This document shows positions 63,638-64,000 of a stretch of 64,000 nucleotides of DNA, piece after piece. This DNA is from an uncultured Actinomycetes bacterium. Its GTDB lineage: Bacteria > Actinomycetota > Actinomycetes > S36-B12 > UBA10799. Every line of letters starts with the position of its first letter. Within the stretch, counting starts at the first letter, position 1. The notes beneath the pieces are model-generated. The model was given only the letters and a program-made list of their open reading frames with translations. It was not told the origin of the DNA and ran no database searches. A program made the translations under genes and the position numbers. The stretch lies in NCBI GenBank assembly GCA_964474045.1, contig CAYYRC010000001.1, positions 49,023-113,022 of the forward strand, written 5' to 3'.

Positions 63638-64000
63638 TGCGCTACATCCCCCGGCACGTGCCCGCCGTCCACTACACGAACTACGTGCGGGCGCTGCGGG
63701 ATGGGGATCCCGCCTCGGCGCGTCACACCATTGTGGCGCTGGCCGGGCAGGGGTTCACCGTGGACGCCATCATCCGCGACATCATCGCCCCGGCCCAGGA
63801 GGAGATCGGCAGCGCCTGGGGGGCCTCGAAGATCACAGTGGCGCAGGAGCACGAGGCGACGGCGATCGCCGAGGATGCCCTGTCGGCGCTGCTGGAGTCC
63901 GAGGGCCCCTTCCCCTCGGGCTTCCTGGGCGAAGTGGTGCTGTGCGCCGCGGAGGAGGAGTGGCACTCGATCGCCGCCCGTATGGTCACCGTGGTGTGGC
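63637..64000 (+). CDS. B12-binding-domain protein (partial, runs off the window)
   Basis: The GTG at 63637 overlaps the upstream TAG. Translated by hand: VRYIPRH...IIAPAQEEIGSAWGASKITVAQEHEATAIAEDAL...VVLCAAEEEWHSIAARMV. This resembles a B12-binding_2 helical bundle followed by the start of a B12-binding domain (E-x-H-x-x-A in place of D/E-x-H-x-x-G). Confidence 0.5.
   Translation, partial: MRYIPRHVPAVHYTNYVRALRDGDPASARHTIVALAGQGFTVDAIIRDIIAPAQEEIGSAWGASKITVAQEHEATAIAEDALSALLESEGPFPSGFLGEVVLCAAEEEWHSIAARMVTVVW

Overview
This is a visibly GC-rich chromosomal segment (about 70 percent GC by eye, not computed) that looks actinobacterial. Several families, such as the PPA1498-type metallophosphoesterase, hint at Propionibacteriales, but that is weak. 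I count about 62 tightly packed protein-coding genes on both strands, many joined by ATGA/GTGA stop-start overlaps. I recognised no rRNA, tRNA, CRISPR array, transposase, integrase or phage gene, so this is not an obvious mobile island.

Main content in order:
- an AI-2E transporter, glutamate decarboxylase and methyltransferase operon
- a SAM-IV riboswitch driving metY-metX
- a membrane-anchored GH31 glycosidase
- three secreted calcineurin-type metallophosphoesterases
- a circularly permuted ATP-grasp / alpha-E / transglutaminase triad
- a BfaA/BfaB-like FAD oxidoreductase plus Cfa-type methyltransferase pair
- PAC2, a CDF transporter, a geranylgeranyl-reductase family gene and a tocopherol-cyclase-like gene
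- pntAA-pntAB-pntB and tadA
- an Rpf-like transglycosylase with a long leader, and an orphan prepilin
- a secretory lipase, a NitT/TauT-type ABC importer with an Rrf2 regulator, and modABC
- a MacB-type ABC exporter

Best candidates for poorly described biology:
1. A 1529-aa receiver-less CheB-CheR-PAS-GGDEF-EAL protein with no chemotaxis genes nearby.
2. A SipW-type signal peptidase cluster with two paralogous secreted proteins flanking an orphan LuxR response regulator.
3. A translationally coupled divergent SAH-hydrolase-like gene plus MTA/SAH-deaminase-like gene.
4. Two copies of a roughly 70-bp palindromic intergenic element, and two unlisted small ORFs with strong coding signatures.

All family calls come from motifs I recognised by eye. 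No search, HMM or folding program was run, and start codons are provisional.
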